Assembly (NCBI GenBank): GCA_020184695.1
Contig: JAANOX010000258.1
Coordinates: forward strand, 620,001 to 684,000
Direction: 5' to 3'
Source of the DNA: Histomonas meleagridis 2922-C6/04-290x
Taxonomy: Eukaryota; Protista; Parabasalia
DNA: 64,000 bases
Shown here: piece by piece, positions 1 through 11,153 of the stretch
Position numbering within the stretch: position 1 is the stretch's first letter
How the letters are laid out: every line of letters begins with the position of its first letter
The notes under the pieces: model-generated
The model's database searches: none
Told to the model about the DNA's origin: nothing
What the model saw: the letters and a program-made list of their open reading frames with translations, nothing else
Translations under genes and position numbers: made by a program

Positions 1-1
1 C

Positions 2-400
2 TTTAGTTGGTGTATCATCATATTTGGGAAGTGTGATTTTGGTTTGGAGTTCTTTTTTAAAAATTAACCGAGATTCATTGAATAGGTTCTCACCTTCTTC
101 AGCAAGGTCATCAAGTCCCCAATCCATTTTTGTTGTCTTTTTAAAATCTTGTGATCTTGATACATTTGTAATAGTTGACTTGCAACGGAGGAGTTGGGCT
201 TCAAGAACGCCAATTTCTTTTGCATATCTACTGATAATTTCAGAATGTTTTTGCTTTTCTTCTGATATACTTGAATAAAGCATCTCATTTTCGACTTGAA
301 TTTTAAGTAGACTTTCCTTGAACATTTTATAGTGATTCCATATCATGCTCTTTAGTTTAGCATTTTTTCTTCTTAATCTTTCTAATTTTTGTGATTCCAT
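2..400 (-). CDS. Partial coiled-coil hypothetical protein running off the window start (MESQKLERLRRKNAKLK...)
   Basis: Manual translation gives an open frame from ATG at 400 to the window edge. It is head-to-head with the 483 ORF. Not in the ORF track because its stop lies outside the window. Confidence 0.5.
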   Translation of the reverse strand, partial: MESQKLERLRRKNAKLKSMIWNHYKMFKESLLKIQVENEMLYSSISEEKQKHSEIISRYAKEIGVLEAQLLRCKSTITNVSRSQDFKKTTKMDWGLDDLAEEGENLFNESRLIFKKELQTKITLPKYDDTPTK

Positions 401-482
401 TTCACATTTGTCTGCACGTTTAATATTGTTAACGGTTTGTTTTAGGGCACACTTAAAGACGTTAAGGCACTAGATAGCTAAA

Positions 483-1781
483 ATGGAAAATCAATTATTC
501 TTTTCTGAGAGTTCATATCAATCCGAGAGCACAAGGCTAGTAACCACATTGCAAAATGAGAACGAAAGATTAAAAGCGAAAAATTCTAAATTACAAGAAA
601 AAATACAAATTTTAAAACAACAATTTAATTCAATAAAATTACAAAAAGAACTCCTCGAAGAACAAAATAAATTGCTTAAGGCATCTCAGCCACTTCCAAC
701 AAATGAAAAAAATACCGAAAAAACACTACCAATATCTAAAGTAAGTCAAATTTTAGAAGAATTTGATTCTCTTTTAGAAATGCAAGGAAAGGAAATTTCA
801 CAATTGATGGAGGACAAAGATAAACTTTCTTCTTTATGTTTTAATTCTCTTGTTTTGATCAATCAACAAGAAAGGATGTTGAAAAAATTTAAGAATGGAA
901 CAGATAATCTTATTCGATTTATCTCAGATCCAACTGGTCCTACGAATTCAATCATTCAAGATTATTCAACATTGGGATTTAACATTGATAATGTTATTTC
1001 AAAACTCCAAAAAAATAACGAAAAAGAAAAGACAAAACGAATGCATTTCCAAGAACGCGCTTCGAATATCGAAAAAAAAGATGTCAACCATCTTCTAGAA
1101 GATATTTTAAATGAACAAATTGGACCTGAAACTACCCAAAAAATAATAAAAATTTATTCTCAACAAACAGAAGAAGAAAAAAAGGAAATTGAAAAGATTA
1201 AACAAGAGAAACAAGAAATTCAAAATAAGCTTTCAGCACTACTAAATTACATTCAGCCTAATGAAAAAAGACCATCTACAAAAGGAGCAATTGCATGTAT
1301 TAAAGAACTACGAAAAAATTCGAAAAAAGGTGAAAACGCATTTGATATTGCTCATAAAATTGTTTCTATTTTTGTTGAATTTGGAGATAAATTCCCATCT
1401 AGCATCGAAGCTCAAACATGCTTAATGAGAATAAATAAATGGTTACAAAACCCTAATTCAGGGATTGATGTAACTCAAGAAATCAATTTTCTATTGGGAA
1501 TATGTATACCAGGAAAGTTAAGCATAGTTGAGCCTACTGAAAAGCAAGATGACATTAATTTTGATGATCTTGGGTATACAAAATCTAACAAGCAAACACA
1601 GATCGATAAAGAAGTAATAAGACAAATAAGGGAATTGAAACATACAGTTCAAGAAATGAAAGAACAAATTCAAGAAGATGAAAACGAAAGAAGAATTTTC
1701 ATCACAAAATATTTCAAGAAGAAAATTCCTATATCATTAAGATGGTCTCAAATTTGTGAATATCTCTTATCATTAAAATAA
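483..1781 (+). CDS. Coiled-coil hypothetical protein (432 aa)
   Basis: Long ORF with heptad-rich E/K/Q/L composition and no recognisable domain. Confidence 0.7.
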   Translation: MENQLFFSESSYQSESTRLVTTLQNENERLKAKNSKLQEKIQILKQQFNSIKLQKELLEEQNKLLKASQPLPTNEKNTEKTLPISKVSQILEEFDSLLEMQGKEISQLMEDKDKLSSLCFNSLVLINQQERMLKKFKNGTDNLIRFISDPTGPTNSIIQDYSTLGFNIDNVISKLQKNNEKEKTKRMHFQERASNIEKKDVNHLLEDILNEQIGPETTQKIIKIYSQQTEEEKKEIEKIKQEKQEIQNKLSALLNYIQPNEKRPSTKGAIACIKELRKNSKKGENAFDIAHKIVSIFVEFGDKFPSSIEAQTCLMRINKWLQNPNSGIDVTQEINFLLGICIPGKLSIVEPTEKQDDINFDDLGYTKSNKQTQIDKEVIRQIRELKHTVQEMKEQIQEDENERRIFITKYFKKKIPISLRWSQICEYLLSLK

Positions 1782-2344
1782 TTGAATTCTAATTGAGTGT
1801 TCTGATCGATGAATGAAAGCACTTTATTGGTTGTCAAATACTATCAAAATATCTTTGTCATTAGGAGGATTCTTTCTTTAATGTTCTATACAAAAGACAT
1901 ATGATGATTTTATTGTGAAAATTGTATCATGAAAGATGTGATAAGATACTTGTGGTATATTATTGGTTCCATGTCTCTCAGTATATATTTAAAAGGAGTA
2001 TACGCGCTAAATTTTTTTTTCTTGAATAATATTATTTTAAAACATTTATTTTAAAAAAAATATTAATATACATAAATTTTTAGTTAAGTTAATTTTACTT
2101 TTTTTTATGGAGAAAAAATTGATTTTATAGAATTCTTATTAATATCAACAAAATGAAATCATTTTTATAATATTTTACATATTATGAAATACTGGATTTT
2201 AATCATTATATTCATTATATTATGAAATAAATAATTAAAATTTAAATATTTTCAAAGAATTCATTTTCCTTAAATTCTTCTGTAATTGGGTCTTCTTTAA
2301 TATCAGAGATATTAACTATCATATTATTCATTGATATTAGATGA

Positions 2345-3546
2345 CCATTTATATTTTCTTCATTAACAGTTTCCCCTATAGATTATTATTGATACGAATA
2401 CGAATAAGTATGATGACAAGAATTACAACAATTATAACTATTGCCACACAAACCCAAGCAATGATAATAAATCAATTGATTTTCTTTATTTTGACTGTTT
2501 TTTGCTTCTTCATGATTAATATTTGTATAAAAACCTGTTTAATACATTATATATGATGAATATTCAATTATTGTGTATTCATAATAAATAAATATGGAAG
2601 AAATAAAAGAATAAGATGAACCAAAAACAGTAAGAGTAATAGAGTTAGAAAGAATTGTTTTAGAAATAATTGTTTCCACTAATGAATGAGTAAGAATCAA
2701 TGTTTGAGTAAATGTTACCTCAAAGTGTTTTGATTCTGTAAACGCTTCAAATTTAGTAAATACATTCGATTTAGTAAATGTATTACTTCTTGAAAATACA
2801 TTTGATTTTGTAAATGGATTACTTCTTGAAAACACATTTGATTTTGTAAATGGATTACTTCTTGAAAACACATTTGATTTTGTAAATGGATTACTTCTTG
2901 AAAACACATTTGATTTTGTAAATGTATTACTTCTTGAAAATACATTTGATTTTGTAAATGGATTACTTCTTGAAAACACATTTGACTTAGTGAATATATT
3001 TGATTTAGTGAATGTCTGCGTTGGCCATATATACTTAAGGCATTCATTAATTGATGAACCTTTTGATACCTGAAGTGGGCCAAATGTTGACTCTTGATAT
3101 GCATCTGATGTCATAACATATGTTGAAATTGCATTAAATGCATTCGAATATACATTTGGCATTACATAACCTTCATAATAAATACAAGCTAGATTATCAC
3201 AATTAGCAAAAGCATATGAATTTATTAGATTTACACTTTTGCCAATGATATTCAGATTTGTACAAAATTGAAAAGCATTACTGCCAATTGTAGTAACTAA
3301 GCTTTGAATAACAATATTAGTTAATAATGAACATTGATAAAATGAGCGATCTCCAATTATTATAACTGAATTTGGTATTTCAAATGAACTTTTAGTAATT
3401 CCCATTGGATAACAAATAATTGTTGTATAATCTTTATCATAAAGAATTCCATTATTATCATTAGAATAATAATTATTTTCATCATATACTTCAATAAAAT
3501 TAAGATTTGTACTACTAATAAAAACCATTGTTACTGTGATCAACAA
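2345..3546 (-). pseudogene. BspA-like leucine-rich-repeat surface protein, 5'-truncated and disrupted
   Basis: TpLRR repeats (IPNSVIIIGDRSFYQCSLL) and a DGILYDKDYTTIICYP motif, then an FTKSNVFSRSN stalk. The transmembrane segment (IIIAWVCVAIVIIVVILVII) lies beyond an in-frame TAA and a frameshift, and no proper start is present. Confidence 0.7.
2750..3010 (-). repeat. 33-nt tandem repeat encoding the 11-aa FTKSNVFSRSN(P/T) stalk
   Basis: About 7 near-identical units visible directly in the sequence. Confidence 0.9.
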
Positions 3547-5214
3547 AAATTTTCTAATGGTTTGTTAACTGGTGAATACATAGAGTTTCTATTTCCATGT
3601 TCTATCTGTATTACTGGATTTAGTATCAAATCATCATATCGTTCATTTCTTCATGCATGGAAAGTAAAAAATTATGATGAAGACTGTGATCCCATCACCA
3701 CATTTCGAACAAGGGTGATCAATCACTTAATGGTGATGACAAGAAACTTGGTGTTACCTTGATAAGTTTATTACTACAAATAAAGTCAAGATAATTATAA
3801 AAGGTTATAATTGATCTAAAACTAAATTTGTTTGTATTAAGATCTTTGAACTATTTTTGGATCAACCAGAGTTGTTGGAGGCGTTTTCGTAAAATGATTA
3901 AAAGAGCAAATGGGGACTCACGTGGAGCTGATGTTTACATTACTTCATCCAATTTTGATTTCCGTCCTTTCATAAGCTATCACCCACACATTCTCTTTGT
4001 ACAAGGAACTATGCTAACTCATATTGATTTGAACTAATACGAACTCACAAAAGGAAAATCTGTTGCCAGCCAGAAATTATAATTATTATCGGGCTGGAAA
4101 TTTTTCCAATGAATGTTATAAAATAAATTATAAACCAACCAAATCATATACTCTTCAGTTGTTTTTATCATTCCAATATCAAAATATTTTAAAAATTATA
4201 GAATAGAAATGAAAAACAGTTTTCACATTTTTTTGTTTTACAAAAATATATGTTTTAAAAAGTACTGATACATTCTATTCCGTTTTATCATGTTAAACTT
4301 TCTATATCTAGGAAAATGAAATATGAAATACCTACATAAATCGTCTTATATGGTGGGTTTTTTGGTGTGAAATCCTAGGAATTTATCCAGAATGATGAGT
4401 ACCTTATGTATACACAATGCAATATATAATTATTTGCATCTTCTATATCTGCATCACATTTGAAATTTAAATATTGTGAAATACCTCTAATTACAATCAT
4501 AAGTTGTTCCAATAGTACACATTTTTGAATCGAATTATCGTTAATTAAACAGATTCCACTTTATAAATAACTTGTAAAGTAGATCCTACATGCATATATG
4601 GCTTCATCATAGATATCCTCAATGCCTATATTACTAGAATCAACACCTTGTAAAATGTTAATGAAGATTTCGAAATTATTTTCCGTAACTATTCTTGATA
4701 AATTCAAATTCATGCCATAGAAATCTTATATTTTTGAAGAATTTTATGATAAATTCGTTAATAAATACAAATCAATAAATTATTTCTTTTATAAGCTCAA
4801 AAATTGATTTATAAATTTGAAATATTTCATACTTTTTAATTTTCGAAGAAATTAATTTCTTATTTTGGTATTTCATTTGGATTAACCATTAATCAATTAG
4901 TTCTTTGATCTAAGTATCACATAATTTAAAAAAAAAAATTCCAGATACATAGCTCACTCTTGATAACAATGTAATTAACAGTAAATTAATTGAATTGTTT
5001 TACCTAGATAATACCATTAAACCTACAAGTATCAGCTGCTTCGCCTTTTTCCTTCTTTTCAGGTTTCCACAAAATAACTTAGTTTTTCTTTAACAAAAAT
5101 GTTTAATATAATAATGTTGTGGTAAAATTTCTTTTTTAGTTTTTACTAAAACATTTTATAAACACTCAAAATAAAATTCGAAATTCGATTTTTTAAATTT
5201 CATGTTTATCACAT

Positions 5215-6540
5215 TCATATTACGCTCTTTTCCTCAGAGTTAAATGTAAAACCTTGGAAGGCTATTTGCGCCTCTTCAGGCACCAAACTTGGGTCTTCGA
5301 ATGAAACCGCAGTTGGTTGTTCAGTGAATTCCTCATCGAAATTTGACGTGTCAATTTCGTTTTCGATTGTTGGTATCCATCTTGGCTTAGTTTTCTTGTT
5401 GTACACGTTGTCCCAATTAATTCCGATGAAGAAATTATGCGATTTAATTTCTTCAGCATCAGTTGGGCCTGAGCCAATTCTTTTCTTAGGGTCTTTCTCT
5501 AATAGTTTACTAATTAAATCAACAGCATTTGGACTGAAGAATGGTGGAAATTCGATTTCATCATACAAAATCGATCTGCACATATTACGGATGTTAGTGT
5601 CGAAAAATGGCTGATAACCAGAAAGCATTTCAAATAATATAATGCCTAAGCTCCACCAATCAACTGATCGAGAATATGGCTGTTGGCGAAATACTTCAGG
5701 AGCAAGATATTCAGGTGTACCACAAAAGGTTGTTGTTGTTTGGCCTTCATTTACAATGTTTGGCTTCGAAAAACCAAAATCTGTAATTTTTAGATGACCA
5801 TCAACATCGACCAAAATGTTCTCAGGCTTAAGATCTCGATAAAGAATTCCATGTTGGTGAAGATGTGAGAGAGCAAGGACAAGTTCGGCGGCATATAATT
5901 GAGTTCGACGTTCAGTGAATTTACCTTCTTCTTTAAGTCGACGAAATAGTTCTCCTCCAGGAACATAAGCAAGAACAATGAAAACTTTGGCTTCTGTTTG
6001 GAAGGTATAATACCCACGAACTAAAAATGGATGTTCATTTTGAAATAAAATATCACGCTCAATAAGAATTTGCTTAATAGTGTTGTCTTCTGCTAATTTG
6101 GCCTTGTTCATAGCTTTAAGAGCATAAAGCTGTCCAGTCGATTTAAGACGGACAAGGAAAACTTTTCCATAATAACCTCGTCCTATGACTTTGAGAATTT
6201 GAAAATCATCAAGTGATACTTTAGGCTTAGAGCCAGGTGCTTGTTTGAACTTATTTATTAAATAAGTAAATGCATTAATCCATTTTGAAAAAGATTCCTC
6301 GTCTTCTGCACGGTACACAAAGGGCTTACCTTTGAGTGTAATTTCAAAGCAGTAAGGTCTATTGGTTTCTGTGAGAATTTTGAATGATGTAGATTTATCA
6401 ATGTTGGTATTTGATAATTCAGTTCCATCTTTATCTGTATATTCTTTTAATGTATTGTCTCCCAACGTGCAGTAAAATCGCTTCCATGTTTTTAGCACAC
6501 CAGTCTGTTTGTAGAGGTATCCTGCTGCAGATTTAGACAT
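5215..6540 (-). CDS. PH-domain AGC Ser/Thr kinase (Akt/PKB-like)
   Basis: N-terminal PH domain (GYLYKQTGVLKTWKRFY), GRGYYGKV, YRDLKPEN, DFG, TFCGTPEYLAPE and a C-terminal hydrophobic motif FQGFTF. Confidence 0.95.
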   Translation of the reverse strand: MSKSAAGYLYKQTGVLKTWKRFYCTLGDNTLKEYTDKDGTELSNTNIDKSTSFKILTETNRPYCFEITLKGKPFVYRAEDEESFSKWINAFTYLINKFKQAPGSKPKVSLDDFQILKVIGRGYYGKVFLVRLKSTGQLYALKAMNKAKLAEDNTIKQILIERDILFQNEHPFLVRGYYTFQTEAKVFIVLAYVPGGELFRRLKEEGKFTERRTQLYAAELVLALSHLHQHGILYRDLKPENILVDVDGHLKITDFGFSKPNIVNEGQTTTTFCGTPEYLAPEVFRQQPYSRSVDWWSLGIILFEMLSGYQPFFDTNIRNMCRSILYDEIEFPPFFSPNAVDLISKLLEKDPKKRIGSGPTDAEEIKSHNFFIGINWDNVYNKKTKPRWIPTIENEIDTSNFDEEFTEQPTAVSFEDPSLVPEEAQIAFQGFTFNSEEKSVI

Positions 6541-7169
6541 TTGGATCCACTTTTACAGTTCACATTTTGAATCCGTTCAAATTTCTCAGGGCAGGTAAAA
6601 CCTGTAATTCTAAACGTGCAGCAATGAAAGGTTTTAGATTCTTATTACTTGGCTAATAATAAAATATACTTTTTTATGATTATTTAATTCCTACGTGTAT
6701 AAAAATTCTTTTTGATATAACCTTTTTGCTTTAATTCGAAATTCCGACATGATTTTAAGGTTCTCACTTAAACAATGAAGTGGCGACTAATAAAAATCAT
6801 GATGCTTTTCGAATAGTTAATACATATATAATATAAAAATTCGAGTTGGGAGGGAAATGTTCAGGAGACTTTGTAAAGAAGTTACACAGTGATTTCTGAA
6901 CATTGGCGGTTATTTTCTTAGAAAGACGATAATGACAGTTTTTTGTGTTTGATTTTCTTGAATATAACCGATTTTATTGGACGATATATTTTTTTTTTTC
7001 TGTAGATTAACGATCATTTGTCAAAACAACCCAGCAAGGGGACCTGTTTTCGAACGTTAAAAAAATTCTCTCAAATTGAAATTTCATCAAGAACTTAATT
7101 TATCAATTATACTTTATTTTTCATAAAGTGTGTTTATTGGTGGTATTCGACAGAAGAATCATTTTCCTA

Positions 7170-7410
7170 ATTAGAATAATTTAAACCATCTTCGGAAACT
7201 TTTGTAAATTGAAGACTTTTACATTTAAAAAATGGATAATTTCCGAATGTATGAGCAGTGTTTGTTATGCATTGAAATTGGCTGCCAAGTGGCACTTCCG
7301 ATCCCTCATTGAAAAATACTTTCTCGAGACTATCACATTCATAAAAAACATTATATCCAACTGTTTTAATATCACTTTGAAATGTAACATTTTTCTCATA
7401 AACATTTTTT
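7170..7410 (-). pseudogene. BspA-like LRR fragment
   Basis: IKTVGYNVFYECDSLEKVFF and FGNYPFFKCKSL are TpLRR-type repeats, with no start or end context. Confidence 0.55.
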
Positions 7411-7462
7411 TTGTGTAAGTGCTCTAAACGGTCAATAACCCATAAAACATTTTTCCATTTAA

Positions 7463-8408
7463 ATGGAATTACACAAGGAAAAACAATATGAAAAAAATCA
7501 AAACATTTACCAATCGATGGTAAATATAATATCAATATTAAATTATAAAAATATTGATAAAACAATTGTTTCAATACTTGACTTTTTTGATGAAAGCTTT
7601 CCTAACTCATTTCATCTTCTTATTTATCAAATAATATTTTCATTTTGCGTTCATCCAAAAACAGAACCATGTTTATACATAAATTATTTGAAAAATTTTG
7701 AAATAAAAGAAGAAGAAGTAATAAAATGTAAATATCAAATTATCGAAGGATTTAAAGAATTTCTTCTTAAAAAATATCCTTCTTCACAAGAATCATATTA
7801 CCTTTTAGGAAAAATGATTGATGATAAATTAATTGATTCAAACTTTCCAAAAAATACATTGTGTTTTGCTCACTTAATGAAAACAGATGAAATTGATAAA
7901 TGCAAAGATTTTATTGGCGCATCACAGTTTTTCGATAATTATGAAAAACTTTCAAAGAATAATTGGGAACTTCATATAAAACATGTTAAAAAAGGACATA
8001 ATCCAAATGAAATTGCGAAAATAATTCGAAATGACGAAATAGATAAACTTCAAGAAATATCATCACAAAATAATTTTGATTTTGATCAAATAATTCCAAG
8101 GTCATACAGCACTTATTTTGGCATCTTTAAATGGTTATACAGAAATAGTTCAATTACTTCTTGAACAAGAAGGAATTGATATTAATGCTAAAGATATTTA
8201 TTTGTTTTATTTATAATTTTTTTAAATAATTTGATATTTTAAAATAATATTTGGAAATAATTTAAATTATTTAGAACAGCACTTATTTGTGCATCTGAAA
8301 AAGGTGAAATAGAAATAGTTAAATTACTTCTCGAACAAAAAGGAATTAATGTTAATGCTAAAAATATTTATTTGCTTTCGTTATGAATATATAAATGTTC
8401 TTATCTGA
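7463..8408 (+). CDS. Locus A: internally deleted DUF3447-like/ankyrin gene with a 17-nt insert array
   Basis: N-terminal part matches loci B-D (GHNPNEIAKIIRNDEIDKLQEISSQ). It jumps at about 8098 to ankyrin repeats TALILASLNGYTEIVQLLLEQEGIDINAKD and TALICASEKGEIEIVKLLLEQKGINVNAKN, separated by 4x(17-nt insert + codon). The 3' end is uncertain and the gene may be non-functional. Confidence 0.6.
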
Positions 8409-8612
8409 TGACCACCATAATGATTCATGGTGTTACTTTCATTTTTATGTCAACTTTTCAATTTTGTTTCTGATTTTTCATAGAGTTCTCCAAAAAAGTC
8501 TTTGTGGTTTTTCACTTCTTTGAATTGATTCCACAGTTCTTATTCAAATTTTCAATTGAAAACGGTCGGTTTTACCGGCACTTTCAAAGACGATAGCAGC
8601 CAAAATTTTTAT

Positions 8613-9893
8613 ATGAACAAAAAACCCTGGGACTTATCTGCAATTGCCCCACCATCCAGAGTTGTTCATCTACGGAACTTACCCCCTAAATGTGGGTGGG
8701 AAGAAATTTCTGTTCATTTTGAGACTTCAACAATTGAACAACATCACATTTTTAATAACCAAGCACTTATCCAATTTGAAAGTGCTGATGATGCAAAACT
8801 TTTCCTTGAGCAAAACAATGGGAAAATTGAAATAAATGGAACTATTGTTCAAGCACAGTTATCAAATTATCCAATTTTAAATTCTTCATCAGATGCGTTA
8901 TTTAATGGTAAAACAGGCCCTTCGAAAGTAATTTGCATTCAGCTTGTCCATCTACGTATTTTTATGTCAATGTTTGATATTTATGATGAATGTTCGAAAT
9001 ACGGGACAGTACAAAAAATCATTTGTTTTGAAAGATCCGGAAACTTTTCACTTGTACAGATGTCATCTTTAAAAGAGGCAGCCTCTGTTCTTGCAAATCT
9101 TCATAATAATCCCAAACATCTCCCAAACTTCCAAATGAAAGTTCAATACTCAAAGAACCAAGACCTGATTGTCAAGATTAATAATGCAAAATCATTCAAC
9201 TTCATGCCTCGAGGCGCATTGCAGCAATTCAATGCTTTACGCGAGCACGTTAAAAACGAAACCCCGTTTTTTGAGCCAGAGCCCTCTCCTTCAGTTTCGC
9301 CGATATTTGACATATGGCGTCCTGTCCATTTTGATCCCCTATATTCACAAGTTTTATGCGTTACAAATCTAGATGAAACAAAATCAGCATGTGATCCTCT
9401 GAGAAATCTTTTCTCTCTTTATGGTCACGTGCAACGTGTTAAAGTACTTTACAAAAACAGAAGAACGGCCTTCGTCCAAATGGGGACGGGCTTTTTTGGA
9501 AGGATTGCCGCGCTTTTCCTTCACGATTGCCCATTTGCGGGTCGAAAATTACAAATTGCGTTTTCTTCTCACGTGGAAGTTACACCACTGACAGAGCCTG
9601 GTAGCGAAGGACTATACCAGGAATATGGAGACGGACCAATTGATCTAACTATTGAACAATACAAACATCTCTATTTCCCATCTGAATATGTGGAAGTAAA
9701 TGGCGTTCCACTGGAAGAATTATTAGCGCTAGTTGCACTTCCGAAGGAAGTACAAGTATTACAAAAATACCATGCATTACATTTCCCATCAGTACAAGAT
9801 GCAGTAGGATTTATTGCTGTTTTTAATGGTACTGTATTCAACGGCAGAACGTTTATGCTCAATTTTATGAGAAAACCAGATTCTGTTATATAA
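8613..9893 (+). CDS. Polypyrimidine-tract-binding/hnRNP L-like multi-RRM protein
   Basis: RRM segments SRVVHLRNLP, YGTVQKII...SLVQM, LFSLYGHVQRVKVLYKNRRTAFVQM in PTB/hnRNP L order. First ATG at 8613. Confidence 0.85.
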   Translation: MNKKPWDLSAIAPPSRVVHLRNLPPKCGWEEISVHFETSTIEQHHIFNNQALIQFESADDAKLFLEQNNGKIEINGTIVQAQLSNYPILNSSSDALFNGKTGPSKVICIQLVHLRIFMSMFDIYDECSKYGTVQKIICFERSGNFSLVQMSSLKEAASVLANLHNNPKHLPNFQMKVQYSKNQDLIVKINNAKSFNFMPRGALQQFNALREHVKNETPFFEPEPSPSVSPIFDIWRPVHFDPLYSQVLCVTNLDETKSACDPLRNLFSLYGHVQRVKVLYKNRRTAFVQMGTGFFGRIAALFLHDCPFAGRKLQIAFSSHVEVTPLTEPGSEGLYQEYGDGPIDLTIEQYKHLYFPSEYVEVNGVPLEELLALVALPKEVQVLQKYHALHFPSVQDAVGFIAVFNGTVFNGRTFMLNFMRKPDSVI

Positions 9894-10014
9894 GAATTAT
9901 ATCGTACTATGCATCTTTCATATATGTAAACTTTTTGATAAAGCTCATAGAATATTTTTTGAATATGAACTGGCATGACCGTTTAGAATACGTTAATAAA
10001 ATATTTGGCGTTGA

Positions 10015-10905
10015 ATGAGAAAAAGAGAAAACGTAGAACAACGCCAGTCAACTAAGCAATTACTTGAAATGAAGAGAATGGAATGTTCCATTATGCTTTG
10101 GTTTGGTATCATATTCGTAATTGTTGCACTTCTTTATGTATTTGCATTCAGTACAAAACAAGATAATGTAAATAGAGATACATACGATTTAGTCCTTGAT
10201 GCAATTGACTCAAACCCTCTTAATAACTTAAGATATAATAATTTTTCAAATATGAGATTTTATTTTCAACCACTTGGTTCAGATGTTCAAACATATTTTT
10301 ACGTTCAATCTCATGCACCTGTAAATGGTAGAAACAAAAGTGATATAATTTCTATTGTGCAAGGAAATATATTTGGTGCAATTTCCAGTAGTCTTTCCAA
10401 TTCAAGTCATTACTTCTATCATATAAATGTATACGCTACAGAGTACACCACCACATCCTCGTCTTCATCTGCCGATTTTTATGTTAAATCTGCAAATGAT
10501 GATTTGACATTTTTTTCTTTTCCATTATATATTAGGAGGGGTCTCCAAGCTAATGGAACTTGTATGGAACAACCACTATCCTCAATCCATTTGATATATT
10601 ATGAATATGAAGATATTTCAGGTTTTTCATATGATCGTGTTGAATATGGAAGAGAAGTGCAATGTGGAAGAGGAAGCTCTTCTTCGCCAATGATAATAAT
10701 TCATGATGCATCGGAGCCTGTTACGTATGAAGCTCCTCCTGTGAGATATATGTCTTTGATATATTTGTGGTTTGTTCTTGCAATTTTATCTGTGTTCATG
10801 ATGTTATTCTTCATTTGGCATTGTTGGAGTGTAAGATTCATTTTGATCAAAAAGGCCATTTACGAAAGTGGTTTAACTTTCCAAAATCGTTATTCTGTTA
10901 AATAA
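10015..10905 (+). CDS. Membrane protein with N- and C-terminal transmembrane helices and a large loop between them
   Basis: Hydrophobic segments IMLWFGIIFVIVALLYVFAF and LIYLWFVLAILSVFMMLFFIW. The topology loosely resembles TMEM231 but this is not established. Confidence 0.7.
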   Translation: MRKRENVEQRQSTKQLLEMKRMECSIMLWFGIIFVIVALLYVFAFSTKQDNVNRDTYDLVLDAIDSNPLNNLRYNNFSNMRFYFQPLGSDVQTYFYVQSHAPVNGRNKSDIISIVQGNIFGAISSSLSNSSHYFYHINVYATEYTTTSSSSSADFYVKSANDDLTFFSFPLYIRRGLQANGTCMEQPLSSIHLIYYEYEDISGFSYDRVEYGREVQCGRGSSSSPMIIIHDASEPVTYEAPPVRYMSLIYLWFVLAILSVFMMLFFIWHCWSVRFILIKKAIYESGLTFQNRYSVK

Positions 10906-11153
10906 AATTTTTGTGTATATTTCAATTATTAAATTATATTTCGATTTTTTTCGAATAAATTTAATTCATAATGTTTGTGAATGTTTTACATTTTTTTTCG
11001 AAAAGAATAAATAATCATACAAAAATATTGTGAAATTATAAAAAATAAAAATTATTATAAAAAAAAAAATATTCACAAGAAATGTTCTTAATACAACTAA
11101 AATGTTGATTCATTTACCTATTAGTAAAATAAAATGATTAAAATTGATTAGTT

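Noticed and set aside
3562-4037. Two short plus-strand ORFs upstream of the BspA pseudogene
   Set aside because: No ATG start context or recognisable domain.
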